DNA of 64,000 bases. It comes from Felis catus (taxonomy: Eukaryota). Positions 26,970 to 39,884 of this stretch are shown piece by piece. Numbering within the stretch: position 1 is the stretch's first letter; the number at the start of each line of letters is the position of its first letter. The notes under the pieces are model-generated. The model saw nothing but the letters and a program-made list of their open reading frames with translations, was not told where the DNA came from and did no database searches. Location of the stretch: NCBI RefSeq assembly GCF_018350175.1, contig NC_058368.1, forward strand, positions 93,498,001 through 93,562,000, written 5' to 3'. The position numbers and the translations under genes were made by a program.

Positions 26970-27234
26970 GAAACTTAACAGAAACCCATGGGGGAGGGGA
27001 AGGAAAAAAAAAAGAGGTTAGAGTGGGAGAGAGCCAAAGCATAGGAGACTCTTAAAAACTGAGAACTGAGGGTTGATGGGGGGTGGGAGGGAGGAGGGGG
27101 AGGTGATGGTATTAAAGAGGGCATCTTTTGGGATGAGCACTGGGTGTTATTTGGAAACCAATTTCACAATAAATTTCATATATTAAAAAAATAAAAATAA
27201 AAATAAAATGTTTATTGAATAAATGGGGGAAAAA
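26496..27234 (+). mobile_element. Young 5'-truncated felid L1
   Basis: Uninterrupted ORF2 C-terminus, G-rich 3'UTR, A-tail; TSD AAGCATCCAACTC at 26482 and 27235. Confidence 0.96.
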
Positions 27235-27434
27235 AAGCATCCAACTCTTGGTTTCAGCTCAGGTCATGGTCTCATGGTTCCTGAGTTTGAGCCCTGCATC
27301 AGGCTCTGTGCTGACAAATGCAAAGCCTGCTTGGGATTCTCTCTCCCTTTCTCTCTGACCCTCCCTTGCTCATACTCTATCTCTCTCTTTCAAATAAGTA
27401 AATAAAAATTTAAAAAAAAAATGGTAACTGTGTG

Positions 27435-27632
27435 GAGTACCTGGGTAGCTCAGTCGGTTGAGCCTCTGACTTCAGTTCAGGTCATAATCTCTCAGTTCGT
27501 GAGTTCAAGCCCCATGTTGGGCTCTGTGCTGACAGCTTACAGCCTGGAGTCTGCTTCAGATTCTTTGTCTCCCTCTCTCTGGTCTTCCTCTGCTCTCTCT
27601 CTCTCTCTCAAAAATAAACATTTAAAAAAATT
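27435..27632 (+). mobile_element. Felid CanSINE
   Basis: Second SINE directly behind the split SINE's tail. Confidence 0.93.
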
Positions 27633-28707
27633 TTTTCAAGATAATTATGGATCCACATTTCTGCCATGAAGAAAATAATTTAAAAATCAGAATGTGTCTC
27701 CGCCCCAACTGCATAAGAATAGCCCAGTTACATGTGCAGAGGACCTCACCACTTAGTATGGTGGACCCTCTTTCCAAGGCAAGTTCGCAGCATCAGTCCT
27801 GGTGCCCAGAAAAGTTCAGGCAGCCCGCAGGAGCAAGACAGTTAATGTTTTGACATGATGTGATACAGGTTCCAGCTCCTTGGAACTGCAATCCAAGGAT
27901 TTAAAGTATCATCTATCCCAGAGAAGGAAGACAGCCCCGTGTCCTGATGACCAGAAAACAGTGGCTCAGAGGGAGAGTGCTACTGTGTCATCAGAGAGAC
28001 AAAAGGAGCAAGTGAGTGAGTGAGTGGACCTATAGGCTGGAAGTGAAACAGCCATGGAGGGAGCACTGTCAAAGGAGAAGCTATCATATTAGCTTCGGCG
28101 ACTCTGAAAGGCAGCTGTACGTGTGCGAGCCACTGGGAAGTCAAGAGAAATCACCGGGCACATGGAATCGAAAAATAAACAGCTGCTAGCAGGAGAAGTT
28201 GAAAAACTATGCCATACGCAAAGCCCCAAGTCAGGCCCAGATTACAGTCAAGGAACACGTGTCTCCTGGGTCATCTTCAAGAAGCAAGAAAAAAATGGAT
28301 AAGATGTGGTCTGGTTACGGATACCCAAAAGATGCGGGAACACTTCCTAGTATGGTAAAAGAAAGGGTAGCGGTTAAGGGTGCGTCAGAAAGACACAGGT
28401 AAAAATAATGAATAGACTTATTTGGACAGTAGGAGAAAAGGCCAAGAAAAATGGAAAAAAAAAAACTGAAGTCAATGAGAGGGATAGGATGAAAGAGGAG
28501 TTTTCCCCCACAGACCTAAGCACGCGTATAGGACTTGCTCCAGAGAAGAGGCTGTGATTTGAAAGAAACCAAGGTGTAAAGGAGGGAAAAGGAGAACAGC
28601 AGAGAAATAAAGGAAAGGGAAACGCATAGAAAATAAACTCAGTATGTTCAGGAAGCTCCATAAAGGACCTATAGGAAACAGCCTAGAACCAGGAAAAAAA
28701 AAAGAAA

Positions 28708-28760
28708 GAAATGAAATGAAATGAAATGAAATGAAATGAAATGAAATGAAATGAAATGAA
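28708..28760. repeat. (GAAAT)n pentanucleotide microsatellite, ~10 units
   Basis: Seen directly, uninterrupted. Confidence 0.97.
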
Positions 28761-28964
28761 GGAAAAAGGATTTCGGGTGAAATGAACCAAGGCATGTACA
28801 GAAAGCTCCAAAAGTCATTAAGTGAAGAAACAGGAGAATTGGAATGTGCTGATGGATCTTCAAACCTGGGAAGACAGGGAGAGTTTAAATATTTAGTATT
28901 TAAGTACTTATTTATAATACGTCTGTGAAGAGCAAACCACATCATGGATGTAAACAGGCCACCA

Positions 28965-28983
28965 AATATACACTATATATATA

Positions 28984-29031
<48 letters not shown>

Positions 29032-29172
29032 TATATATATATATATATATACATACTATATATACACTATATATATATACACACACACACACTATATATA
29101 TATATATATATATATACAGATATAGATATAGATATACACACACACATACATACACACACTATATATATATAG
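28965..29172. repeat. Compound (TA)n/(CA)n microsatellite
   Basis: Recurring ACAC-(TA)n modules. Confidence 0.95.
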
Positions 29173-29504
29173 TCATATAATATTTTTTATTAATAAAAAT
29201 ATGAATAAAACAGATCCATTATCCAGAAGCTACCAAAAATTAGCTTCAGCACAGAAACTCAAGAGCAGCCTCTGTTGTACTTCCAGAACTTACTACTAAA
29301 GTGAAGAAGCCATTAGGGTAGGGCCAGACATGAGCTCACTCAGGAAGTCAGGAATTCAATGGTCCCGGGGGTGGAGGAACCACCCATGGATTCTTAGCGG
29401 AAACTGAGCCCCCATTGCCAAAAGAGTCGTTGTTCAAGGCAGGGATACCTCACACTCCCCATGCTGCTTCTTTCTCAATACCTCATCCAGTTCCCCAAGG
29501 CACA

Positions 29505-30316
29505 GAGAGCACTGAGTGCCAGATACTGCCAACCATCTTCCAAAATGCGTTCTCTCTTTTTTTCCTTTAGGTAGTACCTCCCCCACATTTTAGCTTGACA
29601 CATGGTGGACCAGCTCAAGTGGACATTTCTCAGGCTCCCTTGAAGCCATTATGCCACGTGACTGTATTCTGGTCCATGGGATGAGAGTGACACTTGCAAC
29701 TCACAGGCCATGGTCTCCACATTTCTACCCTTCCCATTGGTTAGAATGGGGCTGTGATGCCAACAAGCATAGCATCCGTCCTAGACTCTGAGATGGAAAG
29801 GATGCCCTAAGGATGCCAGGGGAACAAGATAGGATCCTCAGTATTGTGAAGCCACCATATTGGTCTTGTAATGCTTATGTTCAGATTGTTAGGTGAGAGA
29901 AAACTATATTTATATCTTCTTTTTATTTATAAAGATTTTACTTCTTTATTTATTTATTTTGAAAGAGACAGAGACAGTGTGAGTGGGGTAGGGGCAGTGG
30001 GGGGAGAGGGAGAGAGAGAGAAAGAGAATCCCAAGAAAGGCTCCATGCTGCCAGTCAATGCCCAACACTGGGCTCAAACACACGAATCATGAGATCATGA
30101 CCTGAGTGGAAACCAAGAGTTGGACACTTACTGAGTGCCCCTTAAAGATTTTATTTTTAACTAGTCTCTATACCCAACGTGGGGCTCAAACCTACAACCC
30201 CGAGATCAAGAGTCACATGTTCTACCTACTGAGCCAGTCAGGTATCCCTGTATCTTCTTTAAGGAACTGTTCTTTGGGCCTTTGCTAACAGCCATACCAA
30301 TGTCATAACTAAAACA
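29505..30316 (+). mobile_element. MLT1-type LTR interrupted by nested SINEs
   Basis: CATTTCTCAGGCTCCCTTG...CCACGTGACTGTATTCTGGTCCATGGGATG; ends ACTAAAACA. Confidence 0.55.
29923..30248 (-). mobile_element. Old short CanSINE (30145-30248) with a younger CanSINE (29944-30141) in its tail
   Basis: Outer TSD T(A/G)TATCTTCTTT; inner TSD TAAAGATTTT. Confidence 0.88.
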
Positions 30317-30323
30317 GTGTCTT

Positions 30324-30551
30324 GGGGCACTTAGGTGGCTCAGTCGGTTAAGCATCTGACTCTTCAGCTCAGGTCGTGATCTCATGGTTTGTGGGTTCAA
30401 GCCCCACATCAGGTTCTGTGCTGACAGCTGAGAGCCTGGAGCTTGCTTGCTTCAGATTCTGTGTCTCCATCTCTCTCTGCCCCTCCCCTGCTCATGCTCT
30501 CTCTTTCTCAAAAATAAATAAACATTAAAAACAATTTTAATTAAAAATAAT
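30324..30551 (+). mobile_element. Felid CanSINE
   Basis: TSD AAACAGT(G/A)TCTT at 30312 and 30552. Confidence 0.95.
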
Positions 30552-31254
30552 AAACAGTATCTTTTATGTAACTGGTATGAATTTCTCACTCCACATGCTG
30601 AAATGTGCAAGAAATGTAAGTTCATTTTTCATGATGTCATCTCTATTTCAAGCTCCATCTAATTTGATGATGAAAAAAATCACCATAATCAAGTCAAAGT
30701 TTTCTCAGCCAATCAGAGCTTTCTCCACTAATTAATGTTTCCTCCACTTTCTGGTCCTCTGAGAATTTCTGGTATCCATATGAGGTAGGACTTGTCAACC
30801 TGACCATGATAAAGATATGCTGGCCTCTTTCAAGTTGTAAACCAGTTAGGTATCTATATCCCTCCAGTCTTCAGATCCATGTGACATCTACTGATAGGTC
30901 CACACCCCCTAATCATGAGGCCCCTCCAGATATACTGGCCTTTTCTCACTACAGCCATACTACTGACAGACACATGGCAAAATGACATCTCATTGTTCCC
31001 ACACCCCATCCAGGGTGCCTCATCTAGACTTGTGCCTTAGGCCCCTCTGCCTAGACACCCAGTGTGGATGGATGTCTGATCTCTGTTCTTCCACATTCTG
31101 GTAATATGGAACAGATTGCACCTTCCCAAGGCAATGACAAAGGAAGCAGGGCACAGCACCCTCTGTTCTTGAATCCACATACTTCTCTGGTGAGTCTCTC
31201 ATCACCTGCTCTACCAATCCTTAACAGGTCAGATTTTAAAAGATTAAGAATTTA

Positions 31255-31467
31255 GGGGTGCCTGAGTGGCTCAGTCGGTTAAGTTCCAACTTCATCTCAG
31301 GTCATGATCTCACTGTTCATGAGTTCAAGCCCCACGTGGAGTGGGCTCAGAGCCTGCAGCCCACTTCGGATTCTGTGTCTCCATCTGCTCCTTCCCCACT
31401 CATGCGTGTGCTCGCTCTCTCTCTCTCTCTCACTCTCTCAAAAATAAATAAACATTAAAAAATATAC
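31255..31467 (+). mobile_element. Felid CanSINE with small internal deletions
   Basis: TSD AAGAATTTA. Confidence 0.92.
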
Positions 31468-32496
31468 AAGAATTTAATAACTGCTATCACAATCACCTTA
31501 GCCTAATAGAGGCCTAATATCATTACTCCATATTTGGCAAAATGATAGCCTATTCAGATTGTCAACAACTACAGTTCACCAACCCCCATTAATGGGTTCA
31601 ACTATGTACCTATGCCCAATGAAGCCTTTCTTCTAGCCATCTTATATTCAAATGACTCAATTATGTGTGACTGTTGACCAAATTCCTACAGAGTATATAT
31701 ACTCTAACTCCCCAAATGACCACGTCAATAGCCTTACATCCATGATAGTCATGTGTTTGGGGATAGAGAGAGTAGAAAATATACATTTACATTATTTCAA
31801 ATTCATCTTAAAGTTCACCTGCTTTTCTTCATGGCCAGAATCATAAGCGTAATGTATTAGATGATACTAAAGAGAAAAGAGGGAAAGTCAGTTCTTTGAC
31901 CACCACATGATCAGTAACACTTTCTTCTGCTTTCCCTGGGCTCCCAACATATTTACACCCTGAATTAGCCCATCATTGGCATCCAACCTTCTTTGCAACC
32001 CCCAATGTCAAACCTGCCACTCTCTTATCATGACCCTATTCTTCCAGAAGATTTTCTAAACAACCCCTAGTGCCAAATTTTCTGACCTCTTAATGACCTC
32101 AAAATCACTTCCCCACTATCTATTAGTTAATTATCCATTCACTTTCCTTTTGTTCTTATCCATCCTTGATTCTATGGCTCATCATTATAATCACTTCCTT
32201 GCTAACACCCTCGACTCCCTGGTTGCTCTCTGTCATCTTTCCCTGGGAAAACACCAGTCCTCTGTGAGTCTCACCTTGTACCTTCTCAGTGCCTTTAAAT
32301 GAGCAACTGAGTATTACCAGAGAAAGTTAACAACTAAGCTCATCCACTCATTCATGTATTTAATCAGTATTGCTTGAGACTCTGTTGTGTACTGGAGATA
32401 GTGGCAAAGAAGACAGACAAGATGCTTGCTCTCTAGAGCCTACATGCTGATGGAGAGGCCTCACTTGAAATTGATTCATTTGAATGTACACATAGG

Positions 32497-33400
32497 AAAG
32501 ATAGTTCTCCAAAGAAGACATACAGATGACCAATAGACACGTGAAAAGATGCTCAACAACACTAACTTTCAGGGAAATGCAAATCAAAACCACAATGCAA
32601 TATCACCTCACAACTGTCAGAATGGCTAGTATCAAAAAGACAAGAAATAATAAGCATTGGTGAGGATGTGGAGAAAAGAGAAAGCTTGTGCATTGCTTAT
32701 GGAAAAGTAAAGTGGTATAGCCACTGTGGAAAACAGTATGGAATTTCCTCAAAAAATTAAAAATAGAACTACCCTATGACCAATCAATTCTTCTTCTAGG
32801 TATTTATGTGAAGAAAATGGAAACACTATTTTAAAAGACCTATGCATTCCTATATTCATGACAGCATTATTGACAATAGCCAAGATACAGAGGCAGCCTA
32901 ACAGTCTAATGATAGATGAATGGATAAAGAAGATGTGGTACATATATACAATGGAATATTACTCAACCCTAAAGAGTAATGAGATAGCACCATTTGCAAC
33001 AACATGCATGGACCTAGAGGGTATTACGCTAAGTGAAATAAGTCAGACAGAGAAAGGAAAATACTCTATGATTTCACTTATATGTGGATTCTAAAAACAA
33101 AACAGAAACAGACACACAGATACAGAGGACAAAGTGATCGTTGCCAGAAGGGAGGGAAAGTGGAAGATGGACAAAACAGGTGAGGGGGTTGACATGTACA
33201 AACGTCCAGTCATAAAATAGATAAGACACAGAGAAGCCACTTCACCAGAAGGAGTATAGTCAATGATATTATAACAACTTTGTATGGTGACAGATGGCAA
33301 CTAGACTTATTGTGGAAACCATTTCATAATGTACACAAATATCAAATCACTGCTGTACACCTAAAATTAACACAATAGTGTATGTCTGTGATTCTTGTAA
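32497..33400 (+). mobile_element. Older carnivore L1 3' portion
   Basis: ORF 32858-33094 (DEWIKKMWYIYTMEYYS...ITLSEISQTEK) plus 3'UTR. Confidence 0.93.
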
Positions 33401-33421
33401 ATCATTAAATAAGACAATCTC

Positions 33422-33636
33422 GGGGCGCCTGGATGGCTCAGCCGGTTAAGCGGCCGACTTCAGCTCAGGTCATGATCTCGCGGTCCATGAGTTCGAGCCC
33501 CATGTCGGGCTCTGTGCTGACAGCTCAGAGCCTAGAGCCTGTTTCAGATTCTGTGTCTCCCTCTCTCTGACCCTCCCCCGTTCATGCTCTGTCTCTCTCT
33601 GTCTCAAAAATAAATAAACGTTAAAAAATTTTTTTA
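33422..33636 (+). mobile_element. Young felid CanSINE
   Basis: Perfect 15-bp TSD AAATAAGACAATCTC at 33407 and 33637. Confidence 0.97.
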
Positions 33637-33661
33637 AAATAAGACAATCTCTTTGTTGTCT

Positions 33662-33800
33662 GGGAAAAAAAGAAAAAGAAAAGAAGGGGAGGGAAGGGGA
33701 GGGAAGGGGAGAAGGGAGGGGAGAGGAGAGGGGTAGGGAGGGGAGGGAAGAGGGAAGGGGAAAAGGGAGGGGGAGGAGGGGAGGAGAAGGGAGAGAAAGA
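33662..33800 (+). repeat. Polypurine G/A tract
   Basis: ~140 nt almost entirely purine, with many GGG runs. Confidence 0.93.
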
Positions 33801-35158
33801 CCAACAATCCTATGCTGTTTTTCTTGTAGGGCTGCTCCCAATGTTTGATTTAATCATCTCATACCTTTTGCTCTTTCAAAACTATCCCTATCCTTACCTG
33901 ATGGTCTTGCCTATTTATTCTATTCTATTGACAAAAAAACAGACAAATGGGCAAGACCCTGACCTCTTCATACATCTGCCTGCCTTCCTGTTACCAAAAA
34001 GAAGTTTTTCTGCTTCTCTCCAAACCAATCCCTTCCCCCGTGCTCTCGATCAAGGATTGTGCTTCTTCGGTTATTACCTCTCTGAAGGAACATTCCCATC
34101 ACATGCAAACATGCTTCCTAAAAACCCAGCTTTTGAAAGCCCTCCTCTTTTCTTGACCTAATTATAGCTAAACTTCTCAAAAGAGATGACTATATATACA
34201 GGATCAATTTGTTCATCCCCATCCCATTATGATCCCGACGCTGCGTAACCCGGTCCAACGGCACTGCTCCTCTAGAGTGGCTCTTATCACAGTCACCAGC
34301 TGTATCTCCATGTCACCCAAATGAGCAACCTCTGTGCCATCATCTCACCGGGGCTCTTGCCAGTATTCAACTCAGTTGGTTATTCCCTCCTTTGAACACT
34401 CTCTTGTCTCTTGGTTTCTATAAGAAATCTCTCCAAGATTTGTCTTTTCAATTACTCCTTCTCAATCCCCTTTGCCATTCTTCACCTGAGTTCTAAAGCG
34501 GTGTGTTTTTGTGGGCTCTCTTCTCTCTCCACACATGTCCTAGGAGACTTTCTCCCTAACTTGGCTTTAAACACCATAATGTACATAAACCAGCCACTCC
34601 CAGAGTTATATCTGAGACTTAACCTTTACATACATAGATGGACATCAATCCTAATACATAGATGGACATACAGATTGATTGACTCAGTTTACCCTTCTCC
34701 ATCTCCAGTAGCCCCATCCCAAGGCCAAGCCACCTGAACTAGGACTGTAGTCTCCTGTCTCCATGCTGCCATTTTGATCCTTCCTTTACCCAGATTCTCC
34801 ACTCAAAGGCCAGGGCAAACTTAAAAAATAAGTGATTTTTTTCCCCCTCAAACAAATCCTTTAATGGCTTGCCTTCTGTGGGATAAAATTTAAACTCTTT
34901 ATCATAGCTGCAAGATCCTGCATGATCTGGCTCAACCCATCTCTAACCTTATCACCTGTGTTTGTAATGCTATTCCTTCCTTCCAAATTGGCCTCACCTT
35001 CCACTCTCCAGATGGCTAGGTCCTTCCACCCTTTCTCAAATATAACACAGTTGCCCTGCCCCACTCTATTGCTATTACTTCTTATTTCAGATTCCTGTTG
35101 GTTTCTTTCATGGTATTTACCACAATTTACAATTATGTCTAATAATTCAGTGTCTTTT

Positions 35159-35394
35159 TTTTTTAATTTTTTTTAACGTTTATTTTTGAGAGACAGAGAG
35201 AGACAGAGAACGAGCAGGGGAGGGACAGAGAGAGGAAGACGCAGAATCCGAAGCAGGCTCCAGGCTCCGAGCTGTCAGCACAGAACCCGATGCAGGGCCC
35301 GAAACTACAGACCTGAGCCGAAGACAGTTGCTTAACCAGATCATGACCTGAGCCGAAGTCAGTTGCTTAACCAACTGAGCCACCCAGACGCCCC
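35159..35394 (-). mobile_element. Felid CanSINE with a 29-bp internal duplication
   Basis: GACCTGAGCCGAAG(A/T)CAGTTGCTTAACCA at 35310 and 35345. Confidence 0.93.
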
Positions 35395-35429
35395 TTTCTT
35401 TTTTTTAATATAGGAAGTTTTTTGCTTTA

Positions 35430-35643
35430 AAAAATTTTTTTAAGTTTATTTGTTTATTTTGAGAGAGACAGAGACACCATGCATGGGGGAGGGCAAAGAG
35501 AGACAGAGACACAGAATCCCAAGCAGGCTCTGTGCTGACAGGCCAGAGCCTGAAGAGGAGCTTGAACTCACAAAACTGTGAGATCATGACCTGAGCTGAA
35601 ACCAAGAGCTGGACCCTTAACCGACTGAGCCACCCAGGCACCC
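35430..35643 (-). mobile_element. Felid CanSINE
   Basis: TSD TAATTCAGT(G/T)TCTTT brackets this and the preceding SINE together. Confidence 0.93.
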
Positions 35644-37214
35644 TAATTCAGTTTCTTTCTTAACAGCATTTGCCTATATTTCCCATTCAAATGCTAAATG
35701 CATATAAGCAGGCACACGTCTGCCTGGTTCATCATTGTATTTCCAGCATCTATTCCAATGCCTGATACCAACTCAGAATTAAATTAGACATTTGCAAAAT
35801 AAAAACAAAAGATTGGGCAAATAAGGTACAAGGTTCATAAGAGTGCACACACCATTTTCATAACTGTCAAAATCATTATGTACCAGCAGCCTTATAATGA
35901 TTTACGAATCAATCCTAGCTGTTGCTTTGTGTTCTTTGGGATATAAAAGTTTTTTTCACCCAGCCTGTAAATATGCAGCATTCTGGGCTTTCAATTTAGT
36001 TTTGTTGTGCATTGAGCACCATGCCTGAAAACCCCAATTAACATTTTGTTCCTCATAAACAAGTAGATTAGAACATTCAGAATCCACCCTCAAGACTCTA
36101 AAGTAAAAGGAATTTCCTGAGTGTACAAGATCCCTTGCTGAAACAAATCAGAGTCTAGCGCACTGAGAGTCTGAAAGCACGTTCGACAGCAGGTACGACC
36201 GAAGCAATCGTTTACTGAACTCATAATTTGTCAGGCATGGAAGTGCCTCCTTCCTTGCAGAGTACAAATAGCCATTCCAACTGCCCAATGGGAGGGACCA
36301 GTATCCGCCCACTTCATGCCCATTTTAGGGGTGAGGAATCTAAGCCTTCAAGACTTGGCAAATGTGACCAAGTTCACAGACGGGTTATGTAGTAAAGCCA
36401 TATTCTTACTCTTTCCACTAGTCTTCCTCCCCAGCCCTGCAGAGACACAGACATGACACATGTAGGGACAGAACTTAGGTCTCTTCTCAGTTCAGATAAT
36501 AAGAGATAATGCAGAAAAAAATACAATGGGCTCCCAGACTCCAGCCTTGTATCTTGCAATTATCCTGTCCATTAACAAAAGTGGATCTTCTACAGTAAAG
36601 TTATTTTTCCCCCAATTTACCTCACTCATTGTTATGCAAGCCCCGTAACCCACAGGGCACAAAAATCCTGAGGGACTTTCTCATGTGTGTATCATTAGGT
36701 CTTTAGAGTTACTCTTTCCTTTTCCAGAAGGCTTGGAAATGATAGGCTGATGACAGCTGCACTCCTGTAGCCCGGAAATGTGTTCACTGGGTCATTTTTC
36801 AGAATACCCCCCACAGAGAACACATGGGGCCAAGAGGCAGGGAGGCAGATGGGCTCCTTACAAACTGCACCTCTCAGCCCCAAACTAGACAAAGAGGAAG
36901 CCTGGCAATTAACAGGCACTAATGAGGCTAGAATTACAATTAGTTTGAAGCAGATTCCCTTTGGCCTATATTTTACTGTCTAGAGAACCATTTGTTACTT
37001 GCCAGTTCTTCATCTTTTCAGTCCGTTTACATCAGAGCCAGCAAACGAAGAATTAAGTCAAACCATCATAACTGACAGGGACTTTGCTCCAGACCGAAAG
37101 GGAACGAGACATTGCTGATTATTACGTGTGGCAAACTAAACATAGGTATGTAGGGAAGTGTTATGATTTAAAACTTGATTTCCTGCTTCTTTGACCTGTT
37201 TTGTGTATTTACGA

Positions 37215-37880
37215 ACAGTGATAGTGAACATTTATTGGGTACTTTTGTGGCAGGTACTCTTTACATCTTTTATATGTACAAACTTATTTAATCATCACAT
37301 CAACCATAGGAAATGCTATTATTATTCCTGCCTTACTGTTATGAAAACGGAGACCCAAATTGTTAAAAGAATTTGCCCAAGGTCACCACTCAACTAGAAA
37401 TTGGCAAAATTCTGAAGATGTGGTGTATACGTACAGTGGAGTGTTACTGGGTGATGAAAAAAAATGAGATCTTGCCATTTGCAACAACGTGGATGGAACT
37501 GGAGGGTATTAGGCTAAGTGAAATCAGTCAGAGAAAGACAGATACCGTATGATTTCACTCACATGTGGAATTTTGAAAAACTCAACAGATGAACACAGGG
37601 GAAGGGAAGGAAATAGAAGACAAAAACAGAAAGGGAGGCAAACCCTTAGAGACTCTTAAACGAAGAGAACAGACTGAGGGTTGCTGGAGGGGAAGTGGGG
37701 GGGATGGGTTAAATGGGTGATGGGCATTAAGGAGGACACTTTTCAGGATCACTAGGTTCTACTCTTGAAGGCAAGACTACACTATATGCTAACTAACTTG
37801 ACTTAAAATTTTAAAATAAGAAAGAATTATACCTGGAGAGTGTGACCCCAAAGCCTGAGCTCTTAAACCCCTAATACTGA
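37215..37880 (-). mobile_element. MIR remnant split by an L1 fragment
   Basis: ATGAAAACGGAGACCCAAATTGTTAAAAGAATTTGCCCAAGGTCAC is an antisense MIR core; resumes ~37830. Confidence 0.65.
37414..37820 (+). mobile_element. Carnivore L1 3' fragment
   Basis: TTGCCATTTGCAACAACGTGGATGGAACTGGAGGGTATT plus the 3'UTR shared with other copies here. Confidence 0.92.
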
Positions 37881-39884
37881 CCTGCCTTACACAGATACCT
37901 GGTCACTTATCTATACATATCAACCTAAGGGCCCTTAATTCTAATCACTGACTCATTTTGAAGCAGCATTCTGAGCTCAGTTTTGAAATCAAGACTATCT
38001 GGAGTTAGAAAGGGCCCTAAAGAGACATATGGAGGAAGAGGTAGGTTTATCCTGTCTACTTCAGACACATAACCTACAATTAGCGGAGAGCTGTGACAGT
38101 AATATAGATTTTATTTGGTTGCAGAACTGTTCTAGCAAACGTCCCAGGTGGTTCCATGGGACATGCCTGGGAGTGTACCCATCATTTCTCCTCTCGTGCC
38201 ACCAGAGAGGACTTTGTTATGTGACCAAGACTAACTGCCAGTAAGGATGGGGAACAGCAGGGCCCCCCTACTTTGGAAGAAGGAGAAGCCAAGTTTTGAT
38301 GGACAGGCATGTGCTACATCATTTTTCCCATCCTTGTGTCTATTTTCTACAGTCATGGCAAGTCCAATAAGTACTTTTTTTTTTTGCATGCTTTCGCCCA
38401 AAATACTATAGTTCTGCAAGCTACAGATGACGTTACTAACAAAGAGCTGAGAATTCTTATGGAAGGGAATTTGAAAATAATGTAGGCTTTTCTACATGCT
38501 GTGAGGTGGGGCATGGTAACTGCTGGAACACCAAATAAATGTCTCAGAGAATCTAAAAGAAAGAAGCAGCAAGTTAATATGATTATAATCTCTTAATGAA
38601 AAGATAACCACCTGCTGAACTCAATGCTTGAAGTCCCAAAGCCCCTAGACCTTTCAAAAACTTTCCAAATTGTGCTTACATATGTGCTTTTCCTGAGCTC
38701 TTAACCAAAAATAGAGAAGACAGTGGGTTAAAAACCCGTTTCAGCTGCTTGCCAGTGAAAAATGGCATCACGCAGCCGATGGTTATTTTTGGAAAATCCA
38801 CTCTCCTCTGGAGATGAAAACCAAATCAGATGGTTTTTCCACTTGATCAATTTGCAAGTGTAGAAGTCGGGGGAGGTGTGTCTCAGTAATAGACTCTAAG
38901 TAGGACTCCTTTAAAAATTTACAATTTGGTAAGAAGTGAGGTTTGGCTCACAAATGTTTGTACAGTTTTCATCAGAGTAGCCCATCTACCACTTTACATC
39001 CCCCCAAAGACCCAACTCCTGACCTGCAAGGGCTTCTTCTCTACTCCTTTCCATTTCTCACTCTCCTCTCTTTCTCAGAATCATTTCAAGTCGTCCTTTT
39101 TTTTCTCTCTCTCTGACCATAAAAAGAATGGACACGAGCGCTCTTTCTCCAGGATGCTCTATCCAACCAAGAACAAGGACCTGTCTTTTCCTTCACCGTG
39201 TCCAGAACAGTCTTAATTGCTTACTAACTACTGCCTGATAATAGTGTCATGTCTGGGAAGAGAGCCCTGGGTCTGAGGAAAGAACCTAAGCTGAAGTATT
39301 AGTCAGCTATAGAAAAAAATAATGCTTCTTCCCTAAAATGGAACATTATATGGTCCTTTTAACAATCAGATTTTCAAAGAATTATTGATGAGAGCTAAAA
39401 GTAATAACTACTCATAGGAACATTTATAAAATGGCGAGTCATAAAAATATTGAACTCTCGCTTTATAATTTAAGGTTAAAGAACAGTAAGCTTGGCATCC
39501 CTCAGTGAATCACACAAGAAAACTTGTAAAGATTCATCAGTTTAAACATAGCATGCTTTTGACGGCCCTTGAGAGGAAAGGCCATATTCGGGAGGGTACT
39601 TTCCTAGCACTCAGTGGTTATCTGCTTTGTGAAGACAGTAATCTGCCACAGCGCAGCTCATTATTTTGTGAATTAAATTGCACAGTGAAAAAAAAAAAAG
39701 GTACAACTGCTATATGATGTGTTCCAAGTGGATTGATAATTGTATGTGGGCAGCATTCCACCTACTTTTATTAATAGCATTTCTACTCTTTCCTTCCATT
39801 TGCCTATCTTGTGACATGAGTGAGATTCTCACTATAATTTTTGCTTATGGGAAAATTTGGGTAATTGAAGCAAGGATCAAAAGG

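Larger units (their letters stand above)
26457..27420 (+). mobile_element. CanSINE split by an L1 (head 26457-26495, remainder 27235-27420)
   Basis: SINE text stops at AAGCATCCAACTC and resumes with the same 13-mer after the L1. Confidence 0.93.
31900..35790 (+). mobile_element. Fragmented L2 LINE (~31900-32340, 33830-35150, 35645-35790)
   Basis: L2-like text: CATTATAATCACTTCCTTGCTAACACCCTCGACTCCC; AAACTCTTTATCATAGCTGCAAGATCCTGCATGATCTGG. Confidence 0.6.

Noticed and set aside
27700..28560. Purine-rich stretch with short ORFs (e.g. 28199-28402)
   Set aside because: No consistent frame or recognisable domain; may be a decayed repeat I cannot name.
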